In this document: positions 1 through 12,288 of the stretch, in pieces
Layout: every line of letters begins with the position of its first letter
Position numbering within the stretch: position 1 is the stretch's first letter
Source: Dudresnaya verticillata
Taxonomy: Eukaryota
Length of the DNA stretch: 64,000 nucleotides
Direction of reading: 5' to 3'
Assembly: GCA_977862235.1 (NCBI GenBank)
Contig: OZ374562.1
Coordinates: 1,922,001 to 1,986,000 of the forward strand
Position numbers and translations under genes: made by a program
Notes under the pieces: generated by a model
Database searches by the model: none
The model's input: the letters and a program-made list of their open reading frames with translations, nothing else
Told to the model about the DNA's origin: nothing

Positions 1-2
1 GT

Positions 3-2467
3 GTGAAGCAGACGATCGACAAGCCTTCAGCGAGGCCCGGCAGGAAAATTGCCCTTCAACCCAAGGAAGAGCAAGTCGTCGTAGAGTTCCTGCTTCGCTT
101 TGATCACCGAGGCATTCCGTTGACTCAAGAACATCTCCGGCAGGCTGTTAAAATAGTTGTCCACGGTATGTCTCCAGGAAGGCGTTTGCTACTGCCTTTC
201 AAGAACGGCTCACCGGGCATTTCGTTCCTACGGAACTTCAGGAAGCGCCACCAAAATCGACTTGCTTTCTGCAAGCCGTTGCGTCAAGAGGCCAAACGTT
301 TTTCAGCCGTAAACTGCGAGGTCTTAACAACACATTTTGCTACTTTGGAGAAATTGCTCAAGCAACACGCACTGGACACAAACCGGATATTCAACCTCGA
401 CGAGAGCGGAGTTACGCCCGAGAGGGATATCAAAGTGGCATGTTCTCGCCTTCTCATGCCACGAAACGGATCCCGAGACATGCGCTTGGCAAACTTTAAG
501 AAGATGGATCGCATTACAATGATGACCGTCATCTGTGCTAGTGGAGATACCGCTCCGCCTCTTTTCGTTTTCAAGGGAAGGAAGGTTCCGTTTCGCACCG
601 TACTTCGGAACGCTGTGGTATTTTCAGAGGCTCCCATATGCAACCTACCCGCACATTCCACATGTGCATACCGTGAGGAGAATGGAAATGTTGATACGGT
701 CAACTTTCGAAAGTGGGCATACCAATCCGTCAACCACGACCAACATCTAACCGCAACCGGTAAAGTACTTCTCATCTACGATGGTTATCGCGCACATCTT
801 TCGTTGGAGGTTCTTGAAATACTGGGGCAGCACAATGTGATAGTGTACGCATTGCCAGCCCATACGTCCGGAAAAACACAACCGTTGGACGTGGTACTGT
901 TTTCGTCATTTAAGAGGGCGCTTAGCCAGGTTACTGCGGAGTGTGCATTGGCAAGCCGAGACCTTGACATTTTTGACATGTGCAGTCTGCTTCGAGAAGC
1001 TTACTGTATCTCCTTTACTGGCAATAATATCAAAGCCAGCTTTCGTAGGGCGGGTATCTGGCCGTTGGACGCTTCAAGGCTACTGGGAGTGGAGCGGCCG
1101 CAAGATAACGGACACAATGCTCCCATTTTATGCGTGGAGGCTTTGGAGTCGGCATTCATGCGTAGGCGCGAGGAACTACGAGCCAAGATATTGGGGGAGG
1201 ATGCTGTTATTACAACAAGCGGGTATGTGGACACGACAAATGGGTGCGTAATGTGGCATAGCTGTAAGACCAGCTGTGCCACGCACGCCCAGCTGTAAGA
1301 CCAGCTGCGCCACGTGTGCACTGCTGTGCGCACGCTGTCAGCCGGTGGCGCCGAGGCCCCGCTGAACTGTAAGGAAGTGCGCAGTGGCGCGCGCAGCTGT
1401 AAGACCAGCTGCGCCACGTGTGCACTGCTGTGCGCACGCTGTCAGCCGGTGGCGCCGAAGCCCCGCTGAACTGTAAGGGAGTGCGCAGTGCCGCCCACGT
1501 GTGCACGCGTTCGCGTGTGACACTGAAACTCCCATGTAATTTCTACGTTTATTGTTTTGTAAGTGTACAGCACCGTCTAGTGTAAGCGGCGGTCGAACGC
1601 CCTGCTGTCCTGCGCGCTGTGCGCACGCACTCCGGCGCAGAGCCGTTGAGTGCGTGACACGCGCGCGCGCACTCCGGCGTCGAGCCGTTGAGTACGTGTG
1701 GACCGTTCCGCCTACGCGCGCCCCCGGGTTACCGCTACCCGTACGCGTCGACGCGTGTTGGGGCGCGCCGGCGCACCTCCCGGGTTGGTGCCGCCGCAGG
1801 CCCTGTAGTATATCTAGTAGTCGCCCCTCTGGGCTTCAGTAAACCAGGCAAGCCAGCCTACGCCAGGCTTGCCCTTTCTGCTTTGGGTTTCTTTCCCAGT
1901 CCTTCGCCCTACGGCTTCCCTCTTTCCCCAGCCGTCTAGGCTTTCCTTTTCCTTTCCCTACCGTCAGCTTCGTGCCGCCCCACGACGGGGACGCAGGGAT
2001 CCGGCCGCTGCCGCCCGCGTACGGTACGCCCCGTGCGCGCTTAGGCTTCGACGCCGTTGATCCGCGACCGTCGACGGCGCGCGCGGCCGACACCGCCGCT
2101 CTACCACCACAGCTACCACCCTTCGACGGGTCTGGGTGCGACTGATCGACCAGCGCCGCTAGAAGTCAGTTCGACCTGACGTCTATGCCACACTATGCCA
2201 CACGTAATGACCGCTCCCCATGTTATGAAGCTGGTTCGCGAAAAACAAAACGCGGATCGACGCAAAAGGTCAGCAGAGGAGAGCAGGCGCAATGCGCAAA
2301 TAATTGCCGCGGAGCGCCGGCAGGCGGCCCATGTTGAGTTCTGCAGACGCGTAAGGGGGGAACGAATTGCTCGCATGGCTCAACTTTCTGGTAAGTCTGC
2401 TCAAGACTTCGCTGCCCAACTGAGGAGCTTTGCGGAGCGCCGCGCTGCAGCTCGAGGGCGTGCTTAG
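3..2467 (+). pseudogene. pogo/Tigger-like (Tc1-mariner superfamily, DDE_1) transposase, interrupted by solo LTR at 1252-2202; 5' end outside window
   Basis: CENP-B-like HTH region, then IFNLDESG, LLIYDGYRAH and TQPLDVVLF DDE_1 motifs. Removing 1252-2202 plus one TSD copy rejoins the frame: ...TTNGCV-MTAPHVMKLVREKQ... to the stop at 2467. Confidence 0.9.
1252..2202 (+). mobile_element. Solo LTR, family A, copy 1
   Basis: TGTGGCATAG...CTATGCCACA inverted termini; 5-bp TSD CGTAA (1247-1251 / 2203-2207); near-identical to 30832-31666; internal 104-bp tandem duplication (1292/1396). Confidence 0.92.
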
Positions 2468-3244
2468 AAGGTTGGGGACGTTTGAAATGGTACTCGCCCC
2501 GGTCTTGCTGACGTGGTGGCCAGAAATGTGTGGAATTTTTGATGCGTTTTATGGGCCACGGGGCGCAAATGTTCGATCTTTGTCGCACTTGCCGTTGGGA
2601 ATGCGCCGGGCGATTGTCGTGTAGTTAAACATCCCCAGAAAAGGCGCTTTATATATTCACGCGCTTATTCTCACGGCGCTGAATAAAGAGACATCTGCGA
2701 CTCATATGCAAAAGAGACCACCCGAATTGGGGTTCTAGAACGGGAGATACCGGTCTGGAAACCTCTATTTGTTCCAGAATTACCCGACCCCCCCTTTACC
2801 GTCTCACCCTGGGTGAGAGGGGTGAGACGTTCTGGCATCTGATTGGTCCTCAGCGCCGGTCTCCGCCCCTTTGGCTGGGCCAACGGCGCATCGGTCCCCA
2901 CCCACCTCTCCACCAATAGAAATTCGGTATTGCCATCGGTCTCCACCTCCATATTACTTGGCACCTCCTCATTGGCCCCCTTACCAGTCTCCTCCCTGCG
3001 CGCTAGGTCGGCGCTCGGCGTCGCGGACAGAGTGGCAAGTAACGTTACAGTGTGACAAAGGTGAATGACCGTTACGATTTTCAAATCTAAATGTTTACCC
3101 GCGCTGGGGCGGGCTGTCGATGGTGTCGAGATCATCGTCCTCATCATCGCCCATCGCCCCTCCCCATCATCGCCCATCGACTCTCCCCATCATTGCCCAT
3201 CGCCCCTCACTCCTCTCGGGCATCGCAACGGCGTCCCACCCTCC

Positions 3245-3398
3245 CTCCAGCTGGCCGCTCGCTCCAGCTGACCGCTCGCTCCAGCTGGCCGCTCGCTCCA
3301 GCTGACCGCTCGCTCCAGCTGGCCGCTCGCTCCAGCTGGCCGCTCGCTCCAGCTGACCGCTCGCTCAAGCTGGCCGCTCGCTCCAGCTGGCCGCTCGT
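3245..3398. repeat. 17-bp minisatellite (CTCCAGCTGRCCGCTCG), about 9 copies
   Basis: Direct reading of tandem units upstream of the MULE ORF. Confidence 0.9.
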
Positions 3399-3501
3399 GT
3401 GGTACAGCTCGCTCCACCTGCTCAGCCCGCCGGCAACCACCCACTCACGTGCTGGTCGCAAGCCCCCAGCCTCCCTGTAGCTCAGGTGCAGTGCAGGGCC
3501 G

Positions 3502-6500
3502 ATGGAGGGCAGAAGAGCTACGTGGCAGTACGAAGCTCAATACAGACTTGAAACCCTTTGACGGGTCACTGAGGCTGGATGTTTGAGGAGTCAGAATGAC
3601 CGGCAGATCTTCCTGTCATATTATGACCTCATCAAGAAGAAGGGGCTCCCAATGGATAGGAATCGTTGGTTAAGCCTAGTCTTCGACACCAAAATGCAAA
3701 ATGCTACATTTCTAATGGAAGTATCACTACTCCAGTTCGAATTTGACGGTTCCGTGGTTATCCCGAGACAGGGATTTGCGATAATGCTCCGCACGCAAGC
3801 CAGAACCGGGATTGCTTCGCTACAGGAAGCCCTTTCAAGCTTCTTCGGTGCTCTTGTTCGCGCCAGTAGCACGCAAGACGCTCGTATTGTCATCCCAACA
3901 TGTGATGGTACTCATTGGGGCGTTTTAATCGTAGAGGTAAGCTTCAAGAATCAAATCTCGTGTGAATCCACAGCACAATCGCATGGAAATGGCACCGTAA
4001 TGTGGGGCGATGGATTAGGTTATTCACCCAGGCTGGGAGAGCAAAAGGTGCTGGTATCGTTTCTTATATTGCTGCTTCGAAGGGAATTTCCGCGTGTCAC
4101 ATGGGAGGCATCGCCGCACAACTGGATCACGCATCGAAAAAAACTAGGTTACGCAACACAGGAAGATGGATACAGCTGTGGATTCTATATCCTGGCCGCA
4201 ATCTGTTCTTTGGCAATGAAGAACGGCAGAGGGCACTTTTCCCACATTCAGCAAACGTTCTACAAGCCATATTACAGCGCGACAATCACGAAATCGATTC
4301 GAGACGCTTGTTTGGTGTCTGCATTTCAGGCTCTCAAGTCGGGAACGGGTCAATCGTCTAGCGGGGCTGAAGCACGCCCGGATGTGTACGCGGACAGGAA
4401 CATGATGGCATATATCCGCAGTACTTGGAAATGGCCCCAGAGGAATATTCTACCTCCCTCTACGAGACCCATTATTGTGGATAGCGGCAGTGAGAGGGGC
4501 ACGGAAGAATGGAGCAAACCTGGCGAGAAGGAACGTAGCAGGTGGCAATCTCTGAATTCTTCCAAGGCGCCTGCGGCAGACCCACCCGAGCCCCCTTACC
4601 CTCTCCGGAAGAATCCTTCTCCTGCGGAGAAAACTACGCATAATTCGCCCGCGGCAACGACGCCTGGCGCCAATAATGACATTGAGAAACGCACGTCGCG
4701 ACATATCGACGCGCGCGTCGACGCGACGATATCTTTTGGTGCGGGAACTAGAAAATCGCCACCGCAGATGTCTCATGACTGCATCCCCGGTAATAGTACG
4801 CTCCTGCGGCAAGTAAGCCCGGCACCAGGGCATACATTGGAAACCTCTCCTGAAACAGCTCTGAGAGGGGTTTCAAAGGCCGTCTCCCGCAACACGCTGA
4901 TGACAGGAACTCTCCATGATTTGAGAGCATTACTTAAATCCTGGGACAGCGACCACGAGGACGAAACCGCGCCCGAGGCGCCCCACGCCGAAGCCATGCG
5001 CACACGTCGTCGCGGCACTCCCAGCCCTTCCCTTGGCGAAAATTCCGTAGTGGCAGCGGCATCACCTCTACTCCATTGAAAAGAGGCTTCGCCCCCCATT
5101 CCGCAGCAGTCTGCCCGGCTAGCAGCGGCATCACCTCTGCTCCATTCAATAGAGGCTTCGCCCCCCATTCCGCAGCAGTCGGCCCAGCTAGCCCCTAGCC
5201 TCCTCCCACCGATGGAAGGCTCAGAGCGGCAAAGGACAGAGAAGAAGGCCGTATTCCACCTACTAGGTTGCACAATGAACTGTGCAGAGTATGCCGCGGA
5301 ATTTTCCAGAACCGGCTTCTATTTCGTGAAGACCTACATGCGCCCTTGTAAGGATGGTATTCATGATTGGAAGGTGCGATTTCGATGTCTCCGTAAGGAG
5401 ACACCAGTTGGGGGGCACAAGTGCCAGGTATCTTTCGTTTGTGACCACCGCAAAGATGGACATGGATGAGACGTTTGGGCTGGGTGCAAAAATATTCACG
5501 ATCAGCATGTCCATCCCGCAGAGCCTCATAATGAAAGGCATTCGTATGGGAAGAGGTTGGAGGCATTCTATAAGAGCAAAACACTCAGGGAACTGCTTGG
5601 AGTTCATAGTAGTGGCAATCCGATACTTTCTCAGATTGAAACACGGGTGAAAGACACCCCTTCGATCAACTCCAGGCGAAACAGAGCATTTATTCTGCCA
5701 ATACCACCCAGTTCTTCTTCGGGGGCCGTAAGTGGGAGTATAATTCTATCTGCAGTCCCAGAACCCAAACGAATACAGGTTTCTAGTACCGATTCTGTCG
5801 ACATTGTCGACCAGGAGGACTCTGAGAGCTTAGGTATGAATGTATTAAGCCCGCCACAATCCCAGGTCCCGGATTCCGGAGGCTCTAATCCAGGACCTAC
5901 TACCGAACGTGAGGAGTTGTCTTCGCCTTCCCTGCTTTTCGAGCCCTGTTCAAGCCCGACCGAGGATCTCAAAGCTTGTATTGAGACATTCATGTTATCT
6001 TGTACGCCTGGTAAACGGGGTTCAGAGGTGCGGAGGGACCTCGAGTTCATCTGCATTAGTTTTGGACTGGACATGAAGTTGAAGCGCTCTCACTGGGATG
6101 AGATTGATGGATCAAAAGAGATGAACTGTTGTTTCTACACTTGCGCCAGAGAACATGTGGACAACTGTCCTTTCTGGTTCCGTTTGAATAGCTCATGGGT
6201 AATGCGAGACGATGCCGACTCACCGGGCGGCGATGTTTCAATGCGAAGAGTTCGCAAATACAACAGCATTATCCCTGACATCAATCACTCGCACCAACCT
6301 ATAGTGTCCCCCAAGCTCAAATATGTCTTACCTAGCTCTATATTCAAAGAAGCGGAGGATATGCACAACGCAGCTTTTGTGAGCTTTTCCGACGTTGTTC
6401 GATTTCTGGAGCACAAGTACGGTTTCCTGGTGGACAGTCGCCGTCTACAGAGAAAGCTTTCAAGACAAGTTTCGATTGCAAACCCGAAGGAGCTATCTGC

Positions 6501-7102
6501 AATGCGGTTAGTTCAAAACCTCATGAACATCTGCAATGAGGATCAAGGGTCTTACTGCCGTCTTTCACGCATAGACGAGTCCGGGAGGCTGCACGCAATC
6601 GTTTGGGCCTTCTCTGAGTGGAGAGCAGATTATTTCCAGTTCGGGGTTGTCCCTGGGATATCGGTGGACCGCAAGTATAAAGGGAATGAGTTCTTCATGA
6701 ACCTTATCACCTTTAACGGTAGGACGAGCTGCGGCAAGATCTTCACAGTGATGATGGGTTTTATATCGGATGAAACGGTAGAGACCTTCCGCTGGGTGTT
6801 CAGCAAGTTCAAAGATTGCTACTCGGGTATAGTCCCTTGCATCATTGCGATGGACCAGGACGCCGCATGTATGTCCGCATGTCGTACTATACTACCGACA
6901 ACCTACGTTACGTTGGATGAATGGCACGTGAACCAAAATCAAAAAGGTAACGTGATGGCTTATCTCCAGAAGGGCAAGAGACCTGATCTCTATAAGGACA
7001 TGGCAAGAGATTTGTTCAAAATGCGAAGGGCATCCTCCGCGTCATCCTTTGAGCAGCACCGCAATGCGTTTGAGCGAACATACTTTACTGCTTTGGGAGC
7101 AG
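3502..7102 (+). pseudogene. Mutator-like (MULE) transposase fused to an N-terminal Ulp1/C48-like cysteine protease; three in-frame TGA stops; truncated at 7103
   Basis: ORFs 3583-5079, 5212-5469 and 5557-7485 share one frame. GTHWGVLIV and QEDGYSCGFY are C48 protease His and Gln/Cys motifs. Two FAR1/WRKY-like C..C..HxH regions. MULE core SVDRKYKGN...ETVETFRWVF...AMDQDAA...LDEWHV. Confidence 0.85.
5053..5190 (+). repeat. 69-bp in-frame tandem duplication in the Ulp1-MULE linker
   Basis: GCAGCGGCATCACCTCT... at 5053 and 5122; copy 1 has TGA where copy 2 has TCA. Confidence 0.85.
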
Positions 7103-7490
7103 TGTGGTGCAACGGCAAGGGGCCTCCGAAAACACGCCTATCGACCGGGCCACGCAACCGAATTGGCCAACTCCAAAAAGACACTTGGCCGAAGTCGCTA
7201 CTGTACAGCCACGCGGACGGCGGTGGACGCCGGCAGGGAGCCACACGCATGACACGTGGGCCGTACGTATGCACGTGTCAACCACGTGGCCAGCGCAAGG
7301 AAGAGTGGTCATATCTGGACTACAGAGGTGATCTGGATCGGCCAATCAGGATCAAAACGGGATCGGATTACGGAAAAAGGATTTGGCCGCGCCACCATAT
7401 CAAGGAATCAAGCACGAAAAAAATCAAGGGGAATCTAACTGCTACAGCCACTGATCAACTGACAAGTACTCGATTGCGGTTTTAATCACA
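7103..7490 (-). mobile_element. Probable LTR fragment truncating the MULE
   Basis: Begins TGTGGTGCAACG like the family-B LTR end at 17630; no TSD found; right boundary uncertain. Confidence 0.4.
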
Positions 7491-7839
7491 TAAATTAGCA
7501 ATGGAGGCGCACGGCGGGACTATAAGATCGTATCACTGTAGCGGGGCGGCGCGTCTGTCAATTTACTGTCAGAAAATCGGAGCGCACCAATGCGCGCGCG
7601 TTGTTTGGTACCGCGCGAAAATACAGCCAATCGGGTGGCGCGGCTTGGCGGTCAGCCAATGGGGTTGCAGCTTTGCTGCTGCTGCTGTTGCTGCTGCTGA
7701 ATTTTTCTATTGGGCGGAAAAGGGTGAACTGGTAATATTTTTAGGCGTGCGTAGAAATACGTTTGGCGGCAAGGGATGGTAATGGCGGGCGGATGTTTTT
7801 TTTGTAATTTTTTACGTGTACGAAGCCCTCGAGGGGCCT

Positions 7840-8988
7840 CGTACACTGACTAATCATTACTATGGGGAGAACAAATTCAAACTCCTGCCCGGCTATAGAG
7901 TAGTTAACCGCAAAGGGAGGAAACCGGCCACTTAGGACATCTGAAAAATGTGGACTGACAGACAATATGTTCGTATCGTTCATCATCCCCGGTAGGCCAA
8001 AAAAACGTGCCAGATCCAAAGGTCTAGATCACATATTACTTCCATCCGGACGGTTGGAACGCCTTCTTTCCCCATCATGATCCCTTGTAGCGCTTTCGGG
8101 CAAAGTTTCCAGTCCCACCCTGCACAACCTAAGCAACCCATGCACCCCGGGAATCCTACAGCTGCAAACTGAGCCTCGATACGCTTCATGTCGCCCTTGG
8201 TCGGCGAACGGAGATATTCTTTCGCAAAACACTGCACAACTGAAACACAGAACTCTTTCATCGCTTTTAGAGCTGTGGACTCACCAAGTCTGCAGTACTC
8301 ATCCGCTGCGTCTGCTGATATTCCATAAGCGAGCTGTCGCATGGCTGCTACCGTTTTTTGTAGGGGGTGGCCCCAAATCTTCCTGTGCAGTTTGGCCGCA
8401 GTCCCGCCCGGAGATAGTCTGAATGCATTGATACCTTGGCAAATATATTGTCGAATACGTGACGCGGCATACGAAAGCGTCGTTCAAAAAGCGTGTTTCC
8501 ATAAATCGGCCCCATCTGTCCTGATCCATCATTTCGGGGCATTGCGGGTGGCCAGAAGTAGTCCAACATAATGCGCCTGTGCCCTTGGGAAAAGTTGCGG
8601 TCAATATTGGCAGATCTCCCGGGAAGAGAACCCCCTCTGCATCGCGGGGCTAGTGCGATTGCAGTAGACATCATTTGTACCCACAACGCGAGCGCGAATT
8701 CCATTTCTTCGTCCTCTTGCATTCGTTGCATGATGTCCATGGTGGGCGTTCACACTTCGGGATGAACAATCACAGAGGGCTTGGATCTGCACGGTGTGCT
8801 TGGCTTTCAGCCAGCACAGATGGTTCGGATTTCAGTCGGGTGCACAGCATGGGGCCGGAGCTGATGGGAAGGTGACAGGTCCAATCCAAAGCGGTGGTCT
8901 GAACTTGGACCAAGATTTGAATTGGCCAATAACAGATAGCCATGTATTTGCCGTTGGATTGGAAATTGGGTAACTGTTGGGGATGCTC
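7840..8988 (-). mobile_element. Truncated PIF/Harbinger element with frameshifted transposase (ORFs 8348-8740, 7983-8342, 7741-8019)
   Basis: FERRFRMPR, RQLAYG..AD..DEYCRLGEST, GFPGCMG, EVICDLDLWIWH and G.MND motifs; TIR GAGCATCCCC (minus strand) ending at 8988, followed by TTA. Confidence 0.85.
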
Positions 8989-8991
8989 TTA

Positions 8992-10296
8992 GAGCACGTC
9001 TATCCGTTGAGGTAACTTGTATTTATAATATAGCCTCAGAAATAGTATCTATCCGTGTGGTTATCTCCAAATTTTGTGGTTATATGAGTAAATCTATATG
9101 TAAAAGCGGTCAGATATACATACAGATTTACTCATTTGACCACCATTGTGGTACTTTATCTACCAACAGGAAGCCACCAACTGGCACAGCCAGCTGGGCC
9201 GGCAGCACTTCCCGCGCAAATTCCTGAAGCACGTCAACCCCGTTCCTTGCCCTGTACACACAACCAGTGCGCAGCTCACCCTCTTGCTTCTCAGCTCACC
9301 CTCTTGCTGCACACACAGTAACCCACGCCCGAACCACGCCCGCCCACCTGAACTCTGAACTCCATATCTTTGTCTCTCTCTCACCATCCCGCATTCCAGA
9401 ATGGCATCAAAGGGCAACAACTTCACGCCCGAAGAAGATCTTGCCCTGGCCAAGGCATGGCTAAGCTCCGCCCGCCTGTGGTGAAGTGAGATTCGGCATC
9501 CAAGACGGTGGAAATACATATAGTGCGGTCTCTACCGTTGTGAAACGTGTGAACGTGTATCCGTGTCGGTGTTGTGTGCATTGCTGTACAATGGTACGCA
9601 TTGCTGTACAGCAGTGTAGCGCACCAACCATACCGGAGTATTTGTAGTGTTTATTCTTTATTTTCAGTGAGTATTTGTACAGTATGTAGAGTAGTGCGCC
9701 AGCCAATGAGAATGCTGCGCATGTCCGTGTCGGAGATTGGGACCAGCAGGGCCGATTCCACCATAGGACCAGACCACTAGGGTCTGGCCCCAACGGACCG
9801 GACCGCTCGGTGGCACCCTGACTTGTATATCAGGGCGGCACCGCAGCGGCTCCTAAGGTAAACGGGCAAGCAACCTTAGCCCAATCCTTTACGGTTTTCC
9901 CCGCGCCGAGCCCGTTGCGGTCTACCACCACCACCGTTACGGAGTCCTTCCCGGCACTTGTACCACCCCCTTGTCTGTTGCTTCCCAATATCCGTCTCGG
10001 TGAGCCGCTCGCTGTTCTCCCGTTTCGGTGCGAACTGCTCTACCACCCCGTGGAGGTAGTGTTGCTCTCGCCCGTTAAGGAAAGTCAGGCCAGCTGTCCG
10101 TCTCGGAGTTTGTGGCTTTTCACAATACCACAAACATCCCTTCCGGGGAGACGGAAGAAGACGCAGTGCACAACGTGATGACGCTCTACCGCGAGAAGAA
10201 CAAGACAATCAAGGATGGCAAGGCTCGTCTGGCACCCGCCCTCAAGTGCATTGATGCCGTTATGATATTATCTGAACATCCCAAGTTCTCCCAGAA
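8992..10296 (+). mobile_element. Harbinger 5' end with disrupted Myb/SANT-like ORF (9401-9476 and ~10085-10296), interrupted by an LTR-like insert from 9477
   Basis: TIR-like GAGCACGTCTA after TTA. MASKGNNFTPEEDLALAKAW and IPSGETEED...ILSEHPKF resemble the Myb-like ORF at 11131. The insert starts TGTGGTGAAG. Confidence 0.6.
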
Positions 10297-10727
10297 TGTG
10301 GCATAGCGACGTCCACGGTGACGCGGGGAAGTCTCGCACTGTAATGAATGGCCTCGGAGCCTAACGAATGGCCTCGTTGCCTAACGGATAAACGAAAAGG
10401 GGTGGTAGCGTGGTAGAGCGGAGCGACCAACACGAAGAACCACGGTGTCAACGTATTCGTGTGCGGAAGGGAGAACTCGAGCGATCGATCACCGGGGATG
10501 ATGTGGCAGAATGAGTCGCAGCAGAAGTGCTGGCGCACTGTAAGTCATGTGTGCGCATTAAGGTGTGAGACGCGCACTCGCATCACGCTGTAAGGCGCGC
10601 ACAAGCACCGCGCGCTGTAAGGACGATGCACCCCGCTGGCGTCCCTGCTGGCACCAAATTTGATGGCGAATTGCCATTGGGTAATTTATTGCGGCCGCTC
10701 ACGCGGCCCGACGCGATACTACCACTA
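10297..10727. mobile_element. LTR-like fragment
   Basis: Starts TGTGGCATAG like the family-A terminus and truncates the Myb-like ORF; no TSD confirmed. Confidence 0.4.
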
Positions 10728-11130
10728 ATCCTGACAACAGTATTATTAGAATAATAATTACAGCTAGAATAGCTTATAATAGCTCATAAGAGCATCTCTA
10801 CCGCTTCGCTATTCAGTAAATATATACAATTTTTTAGTATAGATAGAATTTTCCATCTCTACCGCGGCGAATCTATTCTAATCGCGTAAAATTTCAATAG
10901 AATACCCAACCGAAAATGTGTATTGCTCACCCCAATAGCGCTCGCGCGTGAGGCATTCTATTGCTACACAGTGCCATTCTCTGCTCCATCATTGGTTGCG
11001 CAAAGCGCGCGAAGACAGAGAGAGGTACTGTACACAGTACCGTCCATCTTACGCCTCAACCCATGCCACATCGCACACTTCGTCACACCCCGCTCGCCCA
11101 CCTCTACCACTCACGCACACACATCGCCAA

Positions 11131-12119
11131 TATGGGCCGCGGGAAGAGCTGGGATATCGATGAGAACGAGGTCCTCGCCCGCACCTGGATCGCTGCGTCC
11201 GAGGATCCAGTTGTGGGTGCGGACCAGAAGGCCAAGCGCTTCTCCGAAGCCATGCACCGCCGCTTCATCGAGAAGGGACCGCAGCCGCCAGCGGTCCCCG
11301 ACGGGAAGTACGGGAACAGGCCGGTGATGAGCTGCAAGGCCCACTTCGCGGACTTATTGGCAGACGTGCAGAAGTTTGCCGTCGCGCTCCCCAAGGTGCA
11401 CGCATCGAACCCAACCGGGGTGAACGATGATAACGTGCTATCCATGGCCGTCGCCATCCATCTCGGGAAGACGACGGTGATGGAGTATAAGTTCAAGGAC
11501 TACCTTAAGGAGAACTGGCTGTCGTTCAAGGCGTGGAGAGTATTGCATTCTCACCCGAAGTGGCAAGTCAACAACCCTTCGCAAGAGAGCAGTGGAAACA
11601 GCAACCGCGCCAATACGTCCTCGTTCGACATACTTCCGCAAGAGTCAACCCAAAACTCCGCCGTGCCGTCTGCTGTTCGTGCCTCTTCTGCGCCCCGTTC
11701 TGATGAGCGATATACTACAGGAAACCGAACAGCAAAAGTGCCACGTCAAGAATAATTGCGTACACAAGCCGTCCGGTCTATGGCTGAGTCCGCCAAACGC
11801 AAGTCTACCGCCCTCGAAGAACGAAACGCCATCGCTGTTTTTCGCTCCCTGGTGCGGCGCAACATCCAGAGATGGCGCTTTTTTCGCCGCGATGCGCAAG
11901 ACGCACCTCGCGCAGGCTCTCAAGAAAGCTAAAACCGCTGGCGTCGATGAACACAGCCTTCTAGAGGGTGCAGCCGTCTTGGAAGGACCCTTGGGAATAT
12001 CTGCTACCCCGCTGTGCACGCCTGCCAGCCTCGCTGCGGCATCCGAGATGCAGGACACGGTCGACGGTCCTGAAGGGGACCCCGCTGAGGGATCCGCCGA
12101 GGCGCCCTCGACGACGTAA
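11131..12119 (+). CDS. Harbinger Myb/SANT-like DNA-binding protein (stop at 11755, C-terminus disrupted)
   Basis: MGRGKSWDIDENEVLARTWIAASEDPVVGADQK...AWRVLHSHPKW is typical of Harbinger ORF1. Confidence 0.8.
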
Positions 12120-12288
12120 TGGAGGGTATGCGGGGGGCTGAGAGGGCGGTATTGCCCTTCCGCACCTCAAAAATCGCTCGACGGCCAACACGCCGGGGGG
12201 ACCCCCGGACCCCCCTTCTTTTGCGGCGCTTCGTGCCTTTGTTTGCACGATTGTCAACACAGTAGTTTGAGTAAAGACGACGCGTTTA

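Noticed and set aside
7676..7700. (GCT)n microsatellite / polyQ ORF
   Set aside because: Short simple repeat with no supported coding context.
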